A DNA stretch of 13,643 nt from Octopus sinensis (Eukaryota): NCBI RefSeq assembly GCF_006345805.1, contig NW_021826086.1:1-13643 (forward strand). The letters run 5' to 3'. How positions within the stretch are numbered: the first letter of the stretch is position 1; every line of letters begins with the position of its first letter. Shown piece after piece: positions 8,108 to 13,643 of the stretch. The position numbers and the translations under genes are program-made. A model generated the notes under the pieces. That model saw only the letters and a program-made list of their open reading frames with translations. It was not told the origin of the DNA and did no database searches.

Positions 8108-8520
8108 ACACACACATAAGCACGCACGCGCGCGCACACACATGCGGACATACGGATATTCCTATCATACAGCCATACACACACACACACACCACATCGT
8201 ACACGTTTGAGCACACTCTCTTCTCTCTCTCTCTCTCTCTCTTCTATATAGATATATATATATATATATATATATACATACATATATATATATTATGCAT
8301 GTATGTATGTAATCATATATATATATATATATATATACATACATACATACGTACATGTATATATATATATATATATACATGTATGTATGCATGTATGTAG
8401 TATGTATATATATATATAATATATATACATATATATATATTATGCATGTATGTATGTATATAATATATATAATATATATACATACATACATACATACATA
8501 CATACATGCATACATACATG

Positions 8521-8556
<36 letters not shown>

Positions 8557-8725
8557 TATAACATGTATGTATGCCATGTATGTATGTATGTATAATATAT
8601 ATATATATATATATTATATATTACATACATACATATTTAGAGGAGAGACAGGAAAGGAGATAGAGTGAAGGAGAGAGAGAGAGTAAGGAAGGGAGAGAGA
8701 GAGAGGAGGGAGGGCAATAGACAGA
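8108..8725. repeat. Compound microsatellite: (CA)/(CG), (CT)n, long (TA)/(TATG)/(TACA), then a purine-only (GA/GGA) tract at 8640-8725
   Basis: Direct reading of the sequence. Confidence 0.96.
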
Positions 8726-9360
8726 TGGAGAAAAGAGAAGAACTTCTTGGCGGCGGTCTGTTTGTGAGAAATTGATCGAAATTATTGGTCAGACAGAAGC
8801 TGGTGGAAAGGGACCGGTATATCCGCGTTCTTGGAATTTCTCGATAGGAATTCCACAATTCCTGGTGGAATCGTAAAAATGAATCACTTCAACAGTATGC
8901 TATGTTTGGACATTAATATCGGAACATTATACTTGTTGTTGGTATTTTTGTTGTAGAATATTCGCTCAACCTATTTCCTAGAAATTTAAGATCCAAGACG
9001 TTCCAACTATGGCTATTACACTTATTTACAATTACAATTTCTGTTGTGACATCTTTGTTTACGACAATAGAAAGTCATATGAGGAGGACGTGCTGCTATT
9101 TCTAGCAAGCTGAGTAATCACGTGGCATGTTCTCCTTTCCCTTTTGGTTAACATAAACATTGGTGATCATTAAAGGGGAGAGTGGATCTACGCGAAATAG
9201 CACCGAATTTAACCTCAACGGTGTCCCGGTTAATGACGGAAAATTAATGATGTATTGGCAATTAGAGCTACGTGAAAAGAAAAATGGCGAGAGAGTCATG
9301 GTTGGAATGTCTCTGATTATCACTTTAATCGATCTCGTCCGATCTGTTGCGGGTTGAATT

Positions 9361-9565
9361 CATTACTACTACTACTACTACGACGACGACTACCGCCACC
9401 ACCACTACCACCATAACTACTACTACTACTACCACCACCACCACTACCACCATCACTACTACTTCTACTACCACCAACACTACCACCATCATTACTACTA
9501 CTATTACTGCTGCTGCTGCTGCTACTACTGCTGCTGCTACTACTACTACTACTACCACTACTACA

Positions 9566-9596
<31 letters not shown>

Positions 9597-9775
9597 TCAC
9601 TACATAGCAGCTACAACCACTATCAACACCACCACGACTATGCATCACTGCAGTAGCTGACATCATCACCACTAGACGGCACCGTCTCAACCCAGAGTTA
9701 CAACACTTTCACACCACCACACCACTATTGCCACTCTGCTACCACTCCACTCAACTACAGGCTACCACTCCATAC
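9361..9775. repeat. (ACT)n/(ACC)n/(GCT)n compound trinucleotide tract
   Basis: actactact, accaccacc and gctgctgct runs. Explains the poly-T and poly-V ORFs. Confidence 0.96.
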
Positions 9776-10046
9776 CCCTTAACACTATGGTAAGATCAGA
9801 TAGTACTATATACCAAGCCCAGGTTATAGGGACACTTTGAAAACTACCTAACGGAGTGATGACTTGGCCGTGCACAGTTTCGGGTGGTCTTTTGTCAAAG
9901 CATTGCATCTGTTCAGTCACCCTGTGAGGGATACGGTGAAGCAACGGGAGAGCAGCATGGTAGCTTGTGAAAGAGGTTGCGGAAGAGATGTGGGAAAGCG
10001 TGTATACAGAATAATACCTCATGGAGTAACGACCAGTCACTACATA

Positions 10047-10277
10047 TATTTCTTTACTACCCACAAGGGGCTAAACATAGAGGGGGAAAACAAGGACAGA
10101 CAAAGGGATTAAGTCGATCAGATCGACCCCAGTGTGTAACTGGTACCTTAGTTATCGACTCCGAAAGGATGAAAGGCAAAGTCGACCTCGGCGGAATTTG
10201 AACTCAGAGCGTAACGACAGACGAAATTCCGCTAAGCATTTCGCCCGGCGCGCTAACGTTTCTGCCAGCTCGCCGCC
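10047..10277 (-). mobile_element. SINE family B (tail type B1), full length
   Basis: Collinear with 7145-7373 from tttctttactacccacaagggg to ctgccagctcgccgcc. Confidence 0.96.
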
Positions 10278-10989
10278 TTTATAGTCATGGACTGTCCTTT
10301 AGCAAGGTATAGCACCCGTCCAGCCACACTGCCGGGGGAACATAGTGATATCATGAGATTGCAGCAAGGCGAATTGTGAGGAGGCAGCGGATGAGCTGTG
10401 TGTTTGGGGAAATCTCAAAAATACCTCACGGTGTTAAGGGCTGCCTTTTGGCAGAGCATTGCAACCGCTCAGCCACAATGCCCGGGCAACGTATGGCGAA
10501 CTCATGGGCGTGCATCATGGCGGATTGTGAAGAGATAGTGTAAGAGCTGAACTGAGCCAACGCTGTTTCTAACATTGATACTGAGCTGAAGAATATTAAA
10601 TGATTAACCTGCTAGGATCTCCAAGGTCTATGAAGAGATTAACTGCAACGGGTCCATTGGAGCGGAGTCCATCGTTGTGTAATCAGCTAATGAAAGATTT
10701 ATAATAACTCGAGGTTCCAATTTAATGCTTAATAGAATTGGATGGCAACAGAGACTCGTGGGAATCCGAGAAAGCAGCGTGACCGGACATACACGGCAAC
10801 AGTGCTGTGGACGTTAGTGATAATAGTAATAACATATAAAGCGGACCAAACCAGTAGGTTTTATCTGAAATAATTAAAAGCAAACCTGTGTTGTGATTTG
10901 AGCAAATAGAAACACCTTTAACATTATATCTAAAATCGTTCAGTCATCAGTCTATCGACGACCATGACGACAGGAGCAGGAACAGCAGT

Positions 10990-11335
10990 GGATGCGCAAT
11001 GGCCCAGTGGTTAGGGCAGCGGACTCGCGGTCGGAGAATCGCGGTTTCGATTCCCAGACCGGGCGTTGTGTGTGTTTATTGAGCGGCTCCGGCAGGTGGG
11101 GGGGGGGGCGACCCCTGTTGTACTCTTTCACGCCAACTTTCTATCACTCTTTCTTCCTGTTTCTTGTCCCCGACTTCCTACGCAACCGCTGAGCCTGGAT
11201 GCGCATTCATCCATACGTCGATGCTCTCGGGGGTTGACCTGCCTTCTCTTCTGCGGGTCTTACGAATAGCAAAGGACCACGTTTCGGACTTCTCCCACTG
11301 GGACGAAGCCCGCTTCGCTCAACAAACAGAAAGAC
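10990..11335 (+). mobile_element. SINE family C, tail type C2, followed by an AAC/AGC-rich tail
   Basis: Head gcgcaatggcccagtggttagggcagcggactc...ggtttcgattcccagaccgg and body cctgttgtactctttca...aactttct..cactctt.cttcct.tttct are shared with 2782-2975, after which the sequence diverges. Confidence 0.8.
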
Positions 11336-11559
11336 AAGCAAACAGCAACAGCAACAACCGCAGTAGCGGTCGCCATTACATATTGTCAGTCTTGTTCTGT
11401 CCTCAAATGAAATGCCTTGTGGTGTTTAATCTGGATCACTATGCTCTTGGTTCAATCCCTCTAAAGTTGACTGTGCTTTTCTGTTTAATGATTTCAGTTA
11501 AAGACGTTGTTGTGGATATTCTTGTTTAGGGCATACAACATGTTTGACCATCTGGGAGC

Positions 11560-11730
11560 GAAAGAAACCACCAGGACGGGACCCTAGTCTTTTGCACGCT
11601 TAACTTCCCTCCGCCCGATCTATTACTGACAATCATTTTCCGTCGAAGGATCTGAAGCAACATGAAATCGCATGCCTTGCTCAAAAATCTAACAGACCTT
11701 CTACTCCGAGAATTGAACTCACGTTACTGA
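11560..11730 (-). mobile_element. Old SINE fragment (family D; CORE/Nin-like motifs)
   Basis: Minus strand: gtgagttcaattctc (B box), ttgagcaaggcatgcgatttcatgttgcttcag (resembles the TTGAGCAAGGCAC...GTTGCTCCAG body of metazoan SINEs), and gactagggtcccgtcctgg (resembles GGACTAGCATCCCATCCAGG). No A box is visible and there is only one copy. Confidence 0.5.
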
Positions 11731-12006
11731 TGAAACCGTCAAGGAGCAGCGTATTTAGAGGGAAATATAATAATTCACCTGGATCATGTTATGGGTGCGG
11801 TGGTCTACGTTTCAAAAATGACTCTCCGTTTAAAAATATAAAAATTTCAAAGCCATCACCTTCACCACAACCACACTACTTTACCACAAACAGCAATAAG
11901 ACCAACACACGGTCAATAGCAGCAAAACAACAAACGGTTACAACACTGATGAGAAAATCCATCTAAAACCCCTACCATCCCAATACAAACTTGCGCTACT
12001 GTTTTC

Positions 12007-12607
12007 TGTAGCGAGCTGGCAGAAACGTTAGCACGCCGGGCGAAATGCATAGCCGTATTTCGTCTGCTGCTACGTTCTGAGTTCAAATTCCGCCGAGATC
12101 GACTTTGCCTTTCATCCTTTCGAGGTCGATAAATTAAGTACCAGATACGCACTGGGGTCGATATAGTTGACTTAATCCTTCTGTCTGTCCTTGTTTGTCT
12201 CATCTGTGTTTGGCCCCTTGTGGGTAGTAAAGAATTAGGTATTTCTTCTGCCGCAACGTTCTGAGTTCAAATTCTACCGAGGTCGACTTTGCCTTTCATC
12301 CTTTCGAGGTCGATAAAATTAAGTACCAGTTACGCACTGGAGTCGATATAGTTGACTTAATCCTTCTGTCTGTCCTTGTTTGTCTCCTCTGTGTTTGGCC
12401 CCTTGTGGGTAGTAAAGAATTAGGTATTTCTTCTGCCGCAACGTTCTGAGTTCAAATTCTACCGAGGTCGACTTTGCCTTTCATCCTTTCGAGGTCGATA
12501 AAATTAAGTACCAGTTACGCACTGGGGTCGATGTAATCGACTTAATCCGTTTGTCTGTCCTTGTTTGTCCCCTCTATGTTGAGCTCCTTGTGGGCAGTAA
12601 AGAATTT
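12007..12607 (+). mobile_element. SINE family B tandem array: one full copy plus two head-less units (period 184-185 bp)
   Basis: The full copy runs ~12007-12238. Units restart at gtatttc at 12239 and 12424. The marker ctttcgagg occurs at 12117, 12301 and 12486. Confidence 0.97.
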
Positions 12608-12614
12608 TATTTTC

Positions 12615-12766
12615 TGTACCACCGACACCAACATACCATCTGCTACTCACCTTTACCATTCCCAACGCAATCACAGAAACCAATACCAAATACACCAACA
12701 CCAGCGACACCAGCAGCGTCTCTAACTATTCCATCCACCCCCACCGCTGACGCCACCACCTTTATG

Positions 12767-12826
<60 letters not shown>
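12615..12826. repeat. ACC-rich low-complexity tract followed by (GA)n at 12767-12826
   Basis: Direct reading of the sequence. Confidence 0.93.
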
Positions 12827-12829
<3 letters not shown>

Positions 12830-13021
12830 GTAGTCACATGAATGTACAAAAGTTTGACAGTTTACCAGAAAATCTTTAATGGCGAATCTCTTTTAAGTGC
12901 GGAAATCAATGACTCTCATCTGAACTGATCTGATCTAAAAGTGTTTTCAATTTCTACAACAATCGTATCGATAGATGAACGAAGAAGATCTGAAGTAGAA
13001 ATAATATCAATAACGACACTA

Positions 13022-13024
<3 letters not shown>

Positions 13025-13093
<69 letters not shown>

Positions 13094-13117
13094 TGATGAT
13101 AATGATAATAATAATAA
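13025..13117. repeat. (TAA)n microsatellite, forming the (ATT)n 3' tail of the adjacent minus-strand SINE
   Basis: About 30 taa units with a few tga, directly abutting tcctttctactataggcac at 13118. Confidence 0.95.
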
Positions 13118-13332
13118 TCCTTTCTACTATAGGCACAAGGCCTGGATTTTGTGGGCAGGTGGGATTGTTGATAACATCGACCTCAGTGTTTCACTGGTAC
13201 TTAATTTATGGATCCCCGAAAGGATGAAAGGCAAAGTCGACCTCTGCGGAATTTGAACTCAGAACGTAACGGCAGACGAAATACCGCTAAGCATTTTACT
13301 CGGCGTGCTAACGTTTCTGCCAGCTCTCCGTC
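13118..13332 (-). mobile_element. SINE family B, alternative tail type B2
   Basis: Head and body match the B1 copies. The sense 3' end reads ...aaaatccaggccttgtgcctatagtagaaaggattattatt instead of the B1 tail. Confidence 0.93.
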
Positions 13333-13347
13333 GTATGACGGCAAACA

Positions 13348-13566
13348 TATTATTTTCTACTCTACTCTAACCCTAAACCGACATTTTGGTGGAGGAGCCC
13401 AGTCGATTAAATGGATCCCAGTACGCAATTGGTCCTTAATTTATCGACAACGAAAGGATGAAAGGCAGAGTCGACCTTCGCGGAATTTGAACTCAGAACG
13501 TAAAGACAGACGAAATAGCACCAAGCACTTCGTCAGGCGCGCTAACGTTTCTGCCAGCTCGCCGCC
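13348..13566 (-). mobile_element. SINE family B, tail type B2, more diverged, head-to-tail with the previous copy
   Basis: cgaaaggatgaaaggcagagtcgacc...ggaatttgaactcagaacgt...ctgccagctcgccgcc. The tail tattattttctactct...attttggtggaggagcccagtcgatta resembles 13112-13190. Confidence 0.9.
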
Positions 13567-13643
13567 ATTAAACCGTCAACTACTCCCCCTACGAGGTCAC
13601 CTGTTTTTTTATTTATTTCAATCTGTAAGTCCACCCTCAGTCA

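Noticed and set aside
9025-9075. Minus-strand Cys-rich peptide FYCRKQRCHNRNCNCK resembling a CXC domain
   Set aside because: Only 16 aa between stops, with no supporting transposase sequence nearby.
9955-10030. LVKEVAEEMWESVY resembling a Harbinger/PIF transposase helix
   Set aside because: Short, flanked by stops, wrong spacing to upstream motifs, and no DDE motif after the SINE.
10981-11366. Possible TSD aacagcagtgg / aaccgcagtag around SINE C2
   Set aside because: Two mismatches in 11 bp within AAC/AGC low-complexity sequence; not distinguishable from chance.
11727-11770. Hammerhead core CTGATGA...GAAA (also CTGATGA at 11946 and on the minus strand near 10945-10951)
   Set aside because: No complementary stem II lies between the core motifs, and stems I and III cannot be formed.
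12007-12607. CRISPR-like or retrozyme array
   Set aside because: There are no unique spacers, the units are SINE bodies, and no CUGANGA hammerhead core is present on either strand.
13366-13378. Telomere-like taaccct
   Set aside because: A single unit inside a degenerate SINE tail.

Overview
This is a eukaryotic, non-coding window dominated by repeats. No host gene, rRNA, functional tRNA or CRISPR array can be supported. It is built from (i) at least 12 tRNA-headed SINE insertions in four families (labelled A-D here, my own labels) and (ii) very long simple and cryptically simple repeats (TAGA, TATG, TA, CA, GA, ACC/GGT, ACT, TAA). I recall the SINE sequences and this repeat landscape from Octopus-type (coleoid cephalopod) genomes, but could not verify that. 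Almost all ORFs in the track are translations of microsatellites or SINEs. The most interesting signals are: a modular SINE system with swappable 3' tails and a stem-loop shared between families; a head-less 184-185 bp tandem SINE array whose junction coincides with a hairpin arm and matches the start of an 18-bp target-site duplication of a solo copy; a ~135-bp fold-back element; a structured module embedded in TA repeats; close inverted SINE pairs; and a ~150-codon open frame with faint reverse-transcriptase-like motifs. I did not find a demonstrably new protein-coding system.
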